Shown here one piece after another: positions 30,803 to 40,004 of a stretch of DNA of 64,000 nt. Numbering within the stretch: the stretch's first letter is position 1; the number at the start of each line of letters is the position of its first letter. The notes below the pieces were generated by a model that worked only from the letters and a program-made list of their open reading frames with translations, made no database searches and was not told the DNA's origin. The stretch covers positions 2,528,001-2,592,000 of the forward strand of contig OY764216.1 of NCBI GenBank assembly GCA_963668315.1. The letters run 5' to 3'. The position numbers and the translations under genes are program-made. The stretch is from Spirochaetia bacterium (GTDB lineage Bacteria > Spirochaetota > Spirochaetia > DSM-2461).

Positions 30803-31267
30803 ATGTTTGAATCCAACAACGTATCCAACCAGATGAATTCGGCGCAGAAAGCCATTCTCGATCAGACGGTTAATTCGTTTAACAAGACCCTGAATGACGG
30901 AAAGGTGAAGTCCTCCGAGCTGGGAAAGGATGATTTTCTGAAGATCCTCATCACCCAGCTCCAGAATCAGGACCCCACCAAACCCATGGAAGACAAGGAA
31001 TTCATCTCCCAGATGGCCCAGTTCTCCTCCCTGGAGCAGATGACCAATATGAATCAGGCTTTCGGGGACATGGCAAACAGGCTGAGCGCTTCTTCGGCCA
31101 TGAATTTTCTCGGCCGGACGGTCCAGTACCAGGAAGGGGAAAACACCATGACCGGAACGGTGGATGCCGTCACCGGAGGGGATTACCCCCAGCTGCTGGT
31201 CAACGGCCGCTATTTTGATATGAACGACGTGCTTCAGGTAAGCAACACGATAGAGGATAAGGAGTAG
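30803..31267 (+). CDS. flgD: Flagellar hook capping protein FlgD
   Basis: LGKDDFLKILITQLQNQDPTKPM, QMAQFSSLEQM. Confidence 0.96.
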   Translation: MFESNNVSNQMNSAQKAILDQTVNSFNKTLNDGKVKSSELGKDDFLKILITQLQNQDPTKPMEDKEFISQMAQFSSLEQMTNMNQAFGDMANRLSASSAMNFLGRTVQYQEGENTMTGTVDAVTGGDYPQLLVNGRYFDMNDVLQVSNTIEDKE

Positions 31268-31273
31268 AGCCCT

Positions 31274-32680
31274 ATGATGCGATCATTATATTCCGGTGTT
31301 TCCGGACTTCAGAATCATCAGACCAGAATGGATGTTGTGGGAAACAACATCTCCAATGTGAACACGATCGGTTTCAAAAAGGGCCGCGTCAACTTCCAGG
31401 ACATGATATCCCAGATGCAGGCGGGAGCCGCCCGTCCCACCGAGGAGATCGGCGGTGTGAACCCCAAGCAGGTCGGACTCGGTGTTCAGGTGGCCACCAT
31501 CGACACCATCCATACCCAGGGTTCCCTCCAGACCACCGGCGTTACCTCCGACCTGGCCATTCAGGGCAACGGTTTCTTCATCATGAGAAAGGGCGACCAG
31601 GAGTTTTATACCCGTGCCGGCGCTTTCGGGCTTGACGCCGACGGCATGCTGGTCAATCCGGCCAACGGTCTCCGCGTACAGGGCTGGCAGGCCCAGGACA
31701 TCAACGGCGAGACGATCATTCAGACCGCTGCCGATGTGCAGGACATCATGATACCCATCGGAAGCAAGGATCCCGCCCGGGCCACCAGCGATGTGGACCT
31801 GGCCTGTAACCTGGACAAGCGGCTGCCCGAAGTAACCGCCGATTCCAGTCCCGCCGATGTTCTGAAAGGGACCTGGGCGCTGGACAAGAAAATCTATGAC
31901 AGCTTCGGAGAAGAGCACACCATGCGTGTCCAGTTCACTAAGGTGAACGGGGTGAACAACCAGTGGGATGTCTCCGTCTATGTCGACCCGGAAGTGAACG
32001 CTCAGGGTGTTCCCACCGACACGACCAATACCAATCTCTCCATCGGAGGCGGGGCCGCTGCGGACAATACCTTTACCATGACCTTCGACAACCTGGGATC
32101 CCTTGAATCGGCCTTCGACGGTGCGGGCAATCTGATTAACGAGGGGCGTCTGCAGGTTCCCATTACCTTTGACGTGGCCGGCGGTACTCCTCCCGAAGGG
32201 GCGGAAGCCATGACCCAGACCTTCAACTTGAACCTGGGAGAGGTGGGAAGCTATGTGAATACGGTAACCCAGTTCGCCGAAACCTCCTCCACCAAAGCCT
32301 ACTTTCAGAACGGTTATACCATGGGCTACCTGGAAACCTACAACATCGACCCCAACGGCGTCGTAACCGGCGTCTATTCCAACGGCAGCAACAGGGAGCT
32401 GGCGAAAATCGCCCTGGCATCCTTCGTCAACCCCGGCGGTCTGGAGAAACAGGGGGAAACCATGTTCTCCGAGTCCATCAACTCAGGACAGGCCAACGTG
32501 GGAGAAGCGGGCATCGCCGGTAAGGGAAAGTTCGTCAACGGCGCCCTGGAAATGAGTAATGTGGACCTCTCAAGCGAATTCGTGGACCTGATCGTGACCC
32601 AGAGGGGGTTCCAGGCCAACAGCAAGACCATTACCACTTCCGATACCTTGCTCGATACGATTCTGAGCCTGAAACGGTAA
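31274..32680 (+). CDS. flgE: Flagellar hook protein FlgE (spirochaete type)
   Basis: MMRSLYSGVSGL, GNNISNVNT.GFK, YTRAG.F, LEMSNVDLS.EF, QRGFQAN. Confidence 0.97.
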   Translation: MMRSLYSGVSGLQNHQTRMDVVGNNISNVNTIGFKKGRVNFQDMISQMQAGAARPTEEIGGVNPKQVGLGVQVATIDTIHTQGSLQTTGVTSDLAIQGNGFFIMRKGDQEFYTRAGAFGLDADGMLVNPANGLRVQGWQAQDINGETIIQTAADVQDIMIPIGSKDPARATSDVDLACNLDKRLPEVTADSSPADVLKGTWALDKKIYDSFGEEHTMRVQFTKVNGVNNQWDVSVYVDPEVNAQGVPTDTTNTNLSIGGGAAADNTFTMTFDNLGSLESAFDGAGNLINEGRLQVPITFDVAGGTPPEGAEAMTQTFNLNLGEVGSYVNTVTQFAETSSTKAYFQNGYTMGYLETYNIDPNGVVTGVYSNGSNRELAKIALASFVNPGGLEKQGETMFSESINSGQANVGEAGIAGKGKFVNGALEMSNVDLSSEFVDLIVTQRGFQANSKTITTSDTLLDTILSLKR

Positions 32681-32703
32681 GGTTTGACAAGCAGGAGTAA
32701 GCC

Positions 32704-32907
32704 GTGATAGAGATTACGATGGAAGGAAAACAGGGGCGTAAGATCTATTTGAATCCCCATCAGATCGAATATATCGAGACTGAGGGGGAGCGGACAACTA
32801 TTACCCTGCTTTCGGGAAAGAAATACGCCGTCATGGAGAATGAGAAAACCATAGTCGACAGGATTGTGGAGTACCGCCGGCGTATCGGCATTTCCATTTC
32901 GGAATAG
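32704..32907 (+). CDS. flbD: Flagellar FlbD/SwrD family protein
   Basis: IYLNPHQIEYIE, TTITLLSGKKYAV.E, IVEYRRRI; between flgE and motA. Confidence 0.9.
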   Translation: MIEITMEGKQGRKIYLNPHQIEYIETEGERTTITLLSGKKYAVMENEKTIVDRIVEYRRRIGISISE

Positions 32908-32931
32908 TAAGAGAGAGTTTAAGGAGTATTT

Positions 32932-33708
32932 ATGGATATTGCAACGATAGGTGGTATCGGAGCTGGATTTGTTCTAATTGTCGGAGCCATCGTTTTAGCG
33001 GGTAACCCGATCAGTATGTTCATTGATCCCACCTCTTTCGTCGTCGTAATTCTGGGTTCTTTTGCGGCCTGTATGGTCGGTGTTCCCCTGGAAAGGGCTC
33101 TCAACAGTTTCAATTTTATAAAGATAGCCCTGAATATTCAGGTCTATAATAAAAGGGAACTTATCGATCAGCTGGTTCAGTTTGCCGACAGCGCCCGTAA
33201 AGAGGGCCTTCTATCCCTTGATGATGCTCTGAATGACGTGGAAAATGATTTTCTCCGTTCCGGACTCCGTCTTGTCGTGGACGGTACCGACCCGGATATC
33301 ATCAAGAAAATCCTTTATGCCGATATCGGGCAGATCCAGGGGCGCCATGAAGACGGCATCAATTTCATGGATATGTGGGGCGCCGTAGCTCCGGCCTTCG
33401 GAATGATCGGAACCCTCCTTGGTTTGGTCGGTATGATGGCGAACCTGGAAGATACCGCTTCGGTCGGTCCCAACATGGCCGTTGCCCTTATCACCACTCT
33501 GTACGGATCGATTTTTGCCAACCTTATACTGATTCCCATTAAAACCAAGCTTCAGGGCCGGGACAAGGAAGAGATGATCGTCATGGAAATCATGGTCCAG
33601 GGCATCCTCTCCATCCAGTCCGGCGATAACCCCAATCTCCTCAAGGAAAAACTTGAGAAGTTCCTGCCTCCCAATGAAAGGGAAGCCGCCGAAGAGGGAG
33701 GGGAATAG
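32932..33708 (+). CDS. motA: Flagellar stator protein MotA
   Basis: ARKEGLLSL, APAFGMIGTLLGL, MAVALITTLYG. Confidence 0.96.
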   Translation: MDIATIGGIGAGFVLIVGAIVLAGNPISMFIDPTSFVVVILGSFAACMVGVPLERALNSFNFIKIALNIQVYNKRELIDQLVQFADSARKEGLLSLDDALNDVENDFLRSGLRLVVDGTDPDIIKKILYADIGQIQGRHEDGINFMDMWGAVAPAFGMIGTLLGLVGMMANLEDTASVGPNMAVALITTLYGSIFANLILIPIKTKLQGRDKEEMIVMEIMVQGILSIQSGDNPNLLKEKLEKFLPPNEREAAEEGGE

Positions 33709-33717
33709 GAGACGCCT

Positions 33718-34458
33718 ATGGCCGATGATGAAGAACAGGGAAAGTGTGTCATAGTCAAGCAGGGAGCCGCGGAGTGGATGACCACCTACTCCGACATGGT
33801 GACCCTGCTGCTCTGCTTTTTCGTACTGCTGATGAATCCCGAAGCGGTGGACGGGGCTCGTATGGAGCTGATCATGTACTCCTTCAACGGACTCGGTCCG
33901 CTGGCGGGGGGCAATACTCTGGAAGTGGGGGAGCTGGCCGAACTGGGCAACAGCATCATGTCCATGCCCTCCCAGAGCAAGGGGATAGGGCTTGATCAGG
34001 CCCGGAAGACGGCGGTTTCCCTCTTCAAGCCCGAGGTCCAGAGCGACAAAGTCAAGATAACCGAGGACGAGCGGGGGCTTGTCATCACGCTGGCGTCGGA
34101 TGTCTTCTTCCGGCCGGCCAGCGCGGAGCTGAACATGGAGCAGGCCCGGAGCGTCCTGACGAAACTGGCCGACCTTTTGACCATGGACAGCCTGGCGGAC
34201 AGGAAATTCCGCATCGAGGGGCATACCGATTCGAGCCCCACCGATCCGGACGGTCCCTGGCCCTCCAACTGGGAGCTTTCCGCCGCCCGTTCGGCCAATG
34301 TCCTGCACTATCTGACCGATTTCGGCTGCGATGAATTTCAGTTCCAGATCATGGGGGCAGCCCATACGTCACCCGTTGTTTATCCCGACGATACGGAGGA
34401 AGCCCGGGCGGAAAACAGAAGGGTGGATGTGATTATTCTGACCGACGGTCATTTGTAA
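33718..34458 (+). CDS. motB: Flagellar stator protein MotB
   Basis: WMTTYSDMVTLLLCFFVLL, OmpA-like domain (IEGHTD, SNWELSAARS, NRRVD). Confidence 0.96.
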   Translation: MADDEEQGKCVIVKQGAAEWMTTYSDMVTLLLCFFVLLMNPEAVDGARMELIMYSFNGLGPLAGGNTLEVGELAELGNSIMSMPSQSKGIGLDQARKTAVSLFKPEVQSDKVKITEDERGLVITLASDVFFRPASAELNMEQARSVLTKLADLLTMDSLADRKFRIEGHTDSSPTDPDGPWPSNWELSAARSANVLHYLTDFGCDEFQFQIMGAAHTSPVVYPDDTEEARAENRRVDVIILTDGHL

Positions 34459-34479
34459 ACAATCGCATGACATTATGAA

Positions 34480-34508
34480 TTGCATAAATGTGAAAAAAAT
34501 GATAAAAT
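34480..34508 (+). promoter_or_regulatory. Putative internal sigma70 promoter upstream of fliL
   Basis: TTGCAT (34480-85), 17 nt, TAAAAT (34503-08) with extended -10 TG at 34500-01, in an AT-rich 134-bp gap. Confidence 0.65.
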
Positions 34509-34592
34509 TTGGTTCGGGTTGGGTTTATCAAAATTAAAGGTTTTGAAAAACCGTATAATTTTATCCCGCGTGCAGTTAAGGAGTGAAGCCCC

Positions 34593-35147
34593 ATGGGTGA
34601 TGAAGAATTAGATTTAAGCCAGGTCGATGTTCAGGATGGGGACATTACGGGGGAGAAGAAAAAAAAAGGTCTCTCCGAGGGACTGGCCCGTATCCTTATC
34701 TGGACCGTGGGAATTCTGGTGGGCCTCATCGTGACCGTGACGGTCAGCGTGGTCACCTATAAAATCATGGACCGCAACAGCGTATCGCGCAACTTCCCCT
34801 CCGTCTCCAAGGAGTACGAAACCAAGCCGGAAGTCTACACCTACTTCAGCCTGATCAACCAGATACGCACCACCACCAACGATCCCACGAGGAGCAATGT
34901 CATCGTGAAGGTCCTTCTGGGCTACGACACGGACAAGGACAACACGGTGGGAGCGGAGCTGACTTCCAAGGTGGCTCCCCTGACCGACATGATACGGAAC
35001 TACTTCAGCAAGAAAACGGTAAGCGAACTTAAGCCGGACCAGGAGCAGGTCCTCAAGGAAGAGCTTAAGAGCATGGTAAACGGGATTCTCTCAACCGGCG
35101 TCATCAAGGATGTGGTGTTTGAGGAATTCCAGATAATAGAAGGGTAG
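34593..35147 (+). CDS. fliL: Flagellar basal body-associated protein FliL
   Basis: Single TM, YFSKKT..EL, LKEELK..VN; between motB and fliM. Confidence 0.9.
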   Translation: MGDEELDLSQVDVQDGDITGEKKKKGLSEGLARILIWTVGILVGLIVTVTVSVVTYKIMDRNSVSRNFPSVSKEYETKPEVYTYFSLINQIRTTTNDPTRSNVIVKVLLGYDTDKDNTVGAELTSKVAPLTDMIRNYFSKKTVSELKPDQEQVLKEELKSMVNGILSTGVIKDVVFEEFQIIEG

Positions 35148-35155
35148 GTTAGGAT

Positions 35156-36181
35156 ATGACGGAAGTTCTGTCCCAGGACGAAATTGATCAGCTTCTCACT
35201 GCTATCTCCGCCGGGGACACGGAACCCATGGAAACCCAGCAGCCCCAGGACCGGAAGAACATCCGGATCTGGGATTTTCGTCGTCCCGACAAGTTTTCCA
35301 AGGAACAGATACGAACCATCAACTTCATGCATGAGACTTTCGCCCGTCTCACGTCAACCTCCCTTTCGGCGCAGCTCCGAAGTCTGGTTCACGTTCATGT
35401 GGCTTCGGTGGATCAGCTGACCTATGAGGAATTCATCCGCTCCATCCCTTCGCCCACAGCTCTTGCGGTCATCAATATGGACCCCTTGAAGGGATCGGCC
35501 ATTCTGGAAATCGATCCGTCCATCACCTTTTCCATTATCGACCGTCTGTTCGGCGGTACGGGAGACGGCTCTAAGATCACCCGGGAGCTGACCGAAATCG
35601 AAAGGTCCGTTATCGAATCGATTATCGTGCGGATCCTGGGCAACATGAGAGAGGCCTGGAGCCAGGTGATCGACCTGAGGCCGAGGCTGGGGCAGATCGA
35701 AACGAATCCCCAGTTCGCCCAGATCGTGCCCCCCACGGAAATGGTGGTTCTGGTAACCCTGGAGACCAAGGTCGAGCAGGTGGAGGGCATGATGAACTTC
35801 TGTATTCCCTACCTGACGATCGAGCCCATCATATCCAAACTGTCCGCCCAGTACTGGTATTCCACGGTCCGCCGCGGCACCACCACGGAGAACCTGAATA
35901 TTCTCCGGGACAGGCTGGCGGGAATCGGCATAACCATGTCCGCCGAGATAGGAAACGTCAGCGTTTCCATGAAGGACGTGCTGAATCTGAGAGAAGGGGA
36001 CGTCATCCGCCTTTCCAATACGAAGGTGAACGATCCCCTGTGCATAAAAATCGGCAACCGGCCGAAATTCGAGTGCCGCCCCGGACTCGTGGGTAAATCC
36101 ATGGCCGTACAGGTGACACGCAAGATAGAAGATATTGACCAGGACGAGTTCGAAGAGCTCGTATCCGAAGGAGAAGAGTAA
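35156..36181 (+). CDS. fliM: Flagellar motor switch protein FliM
   Basis: CheY-binding LSQDEIDQLL, DFRRPDKFSKEQ, ETNPQF, C-terminal SpoA domain. Confidence 0.97.
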   Translation: MTEVLSQDEIDQLLTAISAGDTEPMETQQPQDRKNIRIWDFRRPDKFSKEQIRTINFMHETFARLTSTSLSAQLRSLVHVHVASVDQLTYEEFIRSIPSPTALAVINMDPLKGSAILEIDPSITFSIIDRLFGGTGDGSKITRELTEIERSVIESIIVRILGNMREAWSQVIDLRPRLGQIETNPQFAQIVPPTEMVVLVTLETKVEQVEGMMNFCIPYLTIEPIISKLSAQYWYSTVRRGTTTENLNILRDRLAGIGITMSAEIGNVSVSMKDVLNLREGDVIRLSNTKVNDPLCIKIGNRPKFECRPGLVGKSMAVQVTRKIEDIDQDEFEELVSEGEE

Positions 36182-37500
36182 TGAGTGACGGCTCTCTGAC
36201 ACAAGATGAAATAGATGCTCTGCTGAGCGGTGATTCCGATGACAGCATGACCGGTGCCGCCGCCCCTTCTCCCGGTGCGGGCGGAAACAGCCTCAGTGAT
36301 TCGGAAGTGGAGGTTCTCTCCGGTCTCTTCAGAGAGGTCAACGAGGGACAGTCCGCCAGCCTTTCCGGCATCATGGTGACCACGGTAAGCCTGGGGAATG
36401 CCCGGTTCGATATACTGGACAAGGAGAGTTTTTTCTCCACCCTGCCCGATGAAGTCGTGGAGATCAAAGCCGATTATACCGAAGGGTTCATGGGGGGGCA
36501 CCTTTTTGTCCTCACCCCGGAAACGACCCTTAAAATCGCCGAGCCCATGATGGGGCAGACCGATCTGGAACTGGACGCTACGGCCATCTCTTCGGTCAGC
36601 GAAGCGGTTTCCCAGATCACCGGCGCGGCGGTCACGAAAATCGGCGACCGTGTGGGACGGAGCATCATGACCGAATCCCCCCAGGGACAGAGCGAGCCCA
36701 AGGCCATGCTCAATCTTCCGGGAAGTCCCTTTGTCCGCATTACCTATGATTTAAGCATTGAGGGGGAGCCTGTCCAGACTGTCTATGAGATCTTTCCCCT
36801 GGATATGATACGGGAACTGGCCGCCCTTATGGGCGCCACCGCCTCATCGGCCGAACCGGCCGATACGGGAGCCCAGCAGAATCCCTACGGCGGTCAGCAG
36901 ATGGGCGGCATGCAGCAGCCCGGCATGATGAACCAGCAGGGGGGCATGGGGCAGATGAATCAGATGGGCGGCATGCAGCAGCCTAATATGATGAACCAGC
37001 AGATGGGCATGGGGCAGATGAATCAGATGAACCAGCAGAATATGATGAACCAGCAGATGGGCATGGGGCAGATGAATCAGATGGGCCAGATGAACCAGAT
37101 GGGCATGGGCCAGATGGGCCAGATGGGCATGGGTCAGATGGGTATGAACCCCCAGATGATGAACATGATGGGAATGCAGCCCACACCCAATGTGCAGAGT
37201 GTCCAGTTTCCCGACTTTACCCAGAGCCTGAGCGGTTCGGAGCAGAGAAATATCAGCCTGCTCATGGACGTGGCCATGGAGATGACCGTAGAGCTGGGTC
37301 GGGCCAAATGGCTGATTAAGGATATCCTCGGCATGGGCGAGGGTACAATTGTGGAGCTTGACAAGCTGGCCGGTGAGCCGGTAGACGTGCTTGTTAACAA
37401 TAATCTCATTGCCAAGGGAGAGGTCGTAGTTATCGACGAAAACTTTGGCGTCCGTGTTACGGAGATTGTATCAGGTATGGATAAGATGACCGAAGGTTAG
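36181..37500 (+). CDS. fliY: Flagellar switch protein FliY/FliN (CheY-binding peptide + degenerate CheC-like domain + M/Q/G/N linker + FliN/SpoA domain)
   Basis: LTQDEIDALL; C-terminal LLMDV..VELG, ELDKLAGEPVD, IAKGEVVVIDENFGVRVTEI. Confidence 0.92.
   Translation: MSDGSLTQDEIDALLSGDSDDSMTGAAAPSPGAGGNSLSDSEVEVLSGLFREVNEGQSASLSGIMVTTVSLGNARFDILDKESFFSTLPDEVVEIKADYTEGFMGGHLFVLTPETTLKIAEPMMGQTDLELDATAISSVSEAVSQITGAAVTKIGDRVGRSIMTESPQGQSEPKAMLNLPGSPFVRITYDLSIEGEPVQTVYEIFPLDMIRELAALMGATASSAEPADTGAQQNPYGGQQMGGMQQPGMMNQQGGMGQMNQMGGMQQPNMMNQQMGMGQMNQMNQQNMMNQQMGMGQMNQMGQMNQMGMGQMGQMGMGQMGMNPQMMNMMGMQPTPNVQSVQFPDFTQSLSGSEQRNISLLMDVAMEMTVELGRAKWLIKDILGMGEGTIVELDKLAGEPVDVLVNNNLIAKGEVVVIDENFGVRVTEIVSGMDKMTEG
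36898..37182 (+). repeat. Intragenic in-frame tandem repeats in fliY
   Basis: 63-nt unit at 36898 and 36961, 54-nt variant at 37024, then 9-nt CAGATGGGC-type and 6-nt ATGGGC micro-units. Confidence 0.92.
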
Positions 37501-37532
37501 AATCCTATACGCCAAAAAACTCTGGGAGGGGT

Positions 37533-38126
37533 ATGAAAAAAGTTCTTGTTCTCTTGTTGTTCGCCATGACCTTTTCGGCGTTTCCCCAGGACGGGGAGGA
37601 GAAGGAATATCCGGTTATAGATGAAAGCACTCTCACCTTCGACTCGGCTCCTGAAGAAGCGGCTGAGGGGGGAGCTCTCTCTGAAAATCTCACCGGGGCG
37701 GGTATTTCCGCGTCCGATTATATCCGAATGATCTTCTTTCTTATTATCGTTATCGTCATCATATGGCTTTTTATTAAGCTTTTACGCCGTTATTCCGGAA
37801 ATCGCTTCGGCGATCAGGAAATGATAAATGTCATGGGCTCCCAGACACTGACGGCCGAGACCTCACTCCACGTGGTGGAAGTGGAGGGCAGCTACTTCCT
37901 CCTGGGCGCTTCCCAGAGCAATGTGGCCCTGATAACCAGGATCGAAGATCAGGAGACCATCGATTCGCTTAAGCTGAAAAGTTCACGCGACCATGACAGA
38001 AAGGGAAAAAGCTTCTGGGAAATGGTCTCCGGTATGAACCAGGGGCACAGCCAGCCCGGCGAGGACGCTTCGGTTCAGTCGGTGAATTTTCTTAAGCGCC
38101 AGCGCGACAGGCTGAAGGATCTGTAG
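37533..38126 (+). CDS. fliO: Flagellar biogenesis protein FliO/FliZ
   Basis: Signal-like N-terminus, TM, LHVVEV..YFLLGAS..V.LI; between fliY and fliP. Confidence 0.85.
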   Translation: MKKVLVLLLFAMTFSAFPQDGEEKEYPVIDESTLTFDSAPEEAAEGGALSENLTGAGISASDYIRMIFFLIIVIVIIWLFIKLLRRYSGNRFGDQEMINVMGSQTLTAETSLHVVEVEGSYFLLGASQSNVALITRIEDQETIDSLKLKSSRDHDRKGKSFWEMVSGMNQGHSQPGEDASVQSVNFLKRQRDRLKDL

Positions 38127-38127
38127 G

Positions 38128-38916
38128 ATGAGAAGATTCCTGCCCGTCCTGATCATATTTTTGCTTTTCTCCGTTTTTCTTTCTGCCCAGGATGCCGGCG
38201 ATGACGGTCAGGGGGCGGCACAGGTCCGGGGATTGAACATTCCCCTTCTGGATGTTTCGGTCAGACAGCCCGATACGAACCGGGATATGGCCTTTTCCAT
38301 CCAGCTTCTCGTTCTCCTTACGGTCCTGACCCTTGCTCCTTCCCTCGTCGTTATCATGACCTCCTTTCTGCGGGTCTCCCTGGTGCTGGACTTTGTCAAG
38401 AGAGCCCTGAGCCTGCAGCAGGTCCCGCCTGCCAGCGTCCTGATGGGAATCAGCCTTTTCATCACCCTGTTCATCATGTGGCCCACTTTCGAGCAGATTT
38501 ACCAGCAGGCCTACCTCCCCTTTGTCAACGAGGAGATCACCGTGGAGGAGATGGTCGACCGGGGGGCCGGCCCCATCCGCTATTTCATGTACCGTCAGGT
38601 AAGGGAGAATCCCGAGAATATCGCCCTTTTCATGAATATGCAGAATCTGCCCCAGCCGGAAACATTCGCCGACGTGCCGACCTATGTGCTGATACCCGCA
38701 TTTATCCTGAACGAACTGAAGATAGCCTTTCAAATAGGCATTCTCATCTATATCCCCTTTATTATCATCGATATGGTCGTGGCATCCATTCTTATGTCCA
38801 TGGGTATGATCATGCTGCCGCCGGTTATGATTTCCATGCCCTTCAAGCTGATTCTTTTCGTGCTGGTGGACGGATGGTCACTTCTGACCCGCCAGCTGAT
38901 CGAGAGTTTTCTCTAA
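38128..38916 (+). CDS. fliP: Flagellar export gate protein FliP
   Basis: LTLAPS..MTSF.R, LIPAFILNELK.AFQIG, MMLPP..ISMPFKLILFVLVDGW. Confidence 0.97.
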   Translation: MRRFLPVLIIFLLFSVFLSAQDAGDDGQGAAQVRGLNIPLLDVSVRQPDTNRDMAFSIQLLVLLTVLTLAPSLVVIMTSFLRVSLVLDFVKRALSLQQVPPASVLMGISLFITLFIMWPTFEQIYQQAYLPFVNEEITVEEMVDRGAGPIRYFMYRQVRENPENIALFMNMQNLPQPETFADVPTYVLIPAFILNELKIAFQIGILIYIPFIIIDMVVASILMSMGMIMLPPVMISMPFKLILFVLVDGWSLLTRQLIESFL

Positions 38917-38931
38917 AACAAGGAGCAGATA

Positions 38932-39198
38932 GTGTCTATAGGTGATGTTGTCAATTTGATGAGACTGGGCATAACCGAGGTGGTTATGCTTTCCGGACCC
39001 GTCCTCATTGTGGCTCTGGTCGTTGGTCTGGTGATTTCCATTTTCCAGGCTACCACGTCCATACAGGATCAGACTCTGACCTTTGTTCCGAAAGTCCTGG
39101 CCATACTGGGAACCCTGGCCATGCTGGCCGGCTGGATCTTCAGTCAGCTCGTCACATTTACCGAGAATCTGTTCTCCACCATAAGTCAGATAGGCTGA
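38932..39198 (+). CDS. fliQ: Flagellar export gate protein FliQ
   Basis: GLVISIFQATTSIQDQTLTFVPK. Confidence 0.96.
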   Translation: MSIGDVVNLMRLGITEVVMLSGPVLIVALVVGLVISIFQATTSIQDQTLTFVPKVLAILGTLAMLAGWIFSQLVTFTENLFSTISQIG

Positions 39199-39218
39199 GA
39201 AGGAGACGGAGAAGAGAT

Positions 39219-40004
39219 ATGTTCGCCGAACTGATCCAGAACGGACAAACCGCCTTACTCATATTTGCCCGTATCATGGCCCTCTTCATGGTGGCTCCCT
39301 TCTTCTCTTCCTCCGCCTTTCCCGGATACGCCCGGGTCATTCTGGCCTTTTTTACCGCCGCCGCCTGCTATCCTCTGGTGGATTTTGCCATTCCCCAGAA
39401 CGGGATAGTCTTTGCCGTGATGCTGATTCTGGAAGCCCTTCTGGGGATTGTCATGGGGCTGATAATGCAGATTGTCTTTACCGTGTTCCAGGTGGCCGGG
39501 CAGATGTTCAGCGTTCAGATGGGTTTCGGCGCCTCTTCCACTTACGATCCTCTCTCCCAGGTGGAGATGCCCCTGGTCGGTCAGTTTTTTAACCTGCTGG
39601 GCATGCATCTTTTTATTACCGTGGGAGGAATGAGAAATCTTTTCCTCAAAGGGATATACAACTCCTTCAAGGCATTGAACGGTGCGGATATACTGGCCCA
39701 TCCCGATTTTCTCCAGCTTCTCTTCACCGGGGCTCTGGGGGGGGTCTTCCGGCAGGCCGTCCTCATCGCATTCCCCGTGATGGGAACCCTTTTCCTCGTT
39801 TCCCTGACCACCGGTCTTCTGGCGAAAGCGGCTCCCAACATGAACCTGCTCATGCTGGGCTTTCCCATTCAGATCGGCCTCGGCTTCCTTATGCTGTATA
39901 TGGCGGCCCCCTTCATCATTTCCAAAATGGGAGTGGTTTTTGACTGGGGATTCGACATGATCAACCGCCTTCTGCTCTACTATTTCCGGGGAGGTGTGAT
40001 GTGA
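39219..40004 (+). CDS. fliR: Flagellar export gate protein FliR
   Basis: Multi-TM, AGQMFSVQMGFG, GLLAKAAPNMN. Confidence 0.95.
   Translation: MFAELIQNGQTALLIFARIMALFMVAPFFSSSAFPGYARVILAFFTAAACYPLVDFAIPQNGIVFAVMLILEALLGIVMGLIMQIVFTVFQVAGQMFSVQMGFGASSTYDPLSQVEMPLVGQFFNLLGMHLFITVGGMRNLFLKGIYNSFKALNGADILAHPDFLQLLFTGALGGVFRQAVLIAFPVMGTLFLVSLTTGLLAKAAPNMNLLMLGFPIQIGLGFLMLYMAAPFIISKMGVVFDWGFDMINRLLLYYFRGGVM

Noticed and set aside
32684..32712. Perfect TTGACA upstream of flbD
   Set aside because: No adequate -10 at 16-18 nt spacing; it would fall inside the flbD start
36898..37182. fliY repeats as CRISPR or a phase-variable frameshift tract
   Set aside because: All unit lengths are multiples of three and lie within an intact ORF; no spacers
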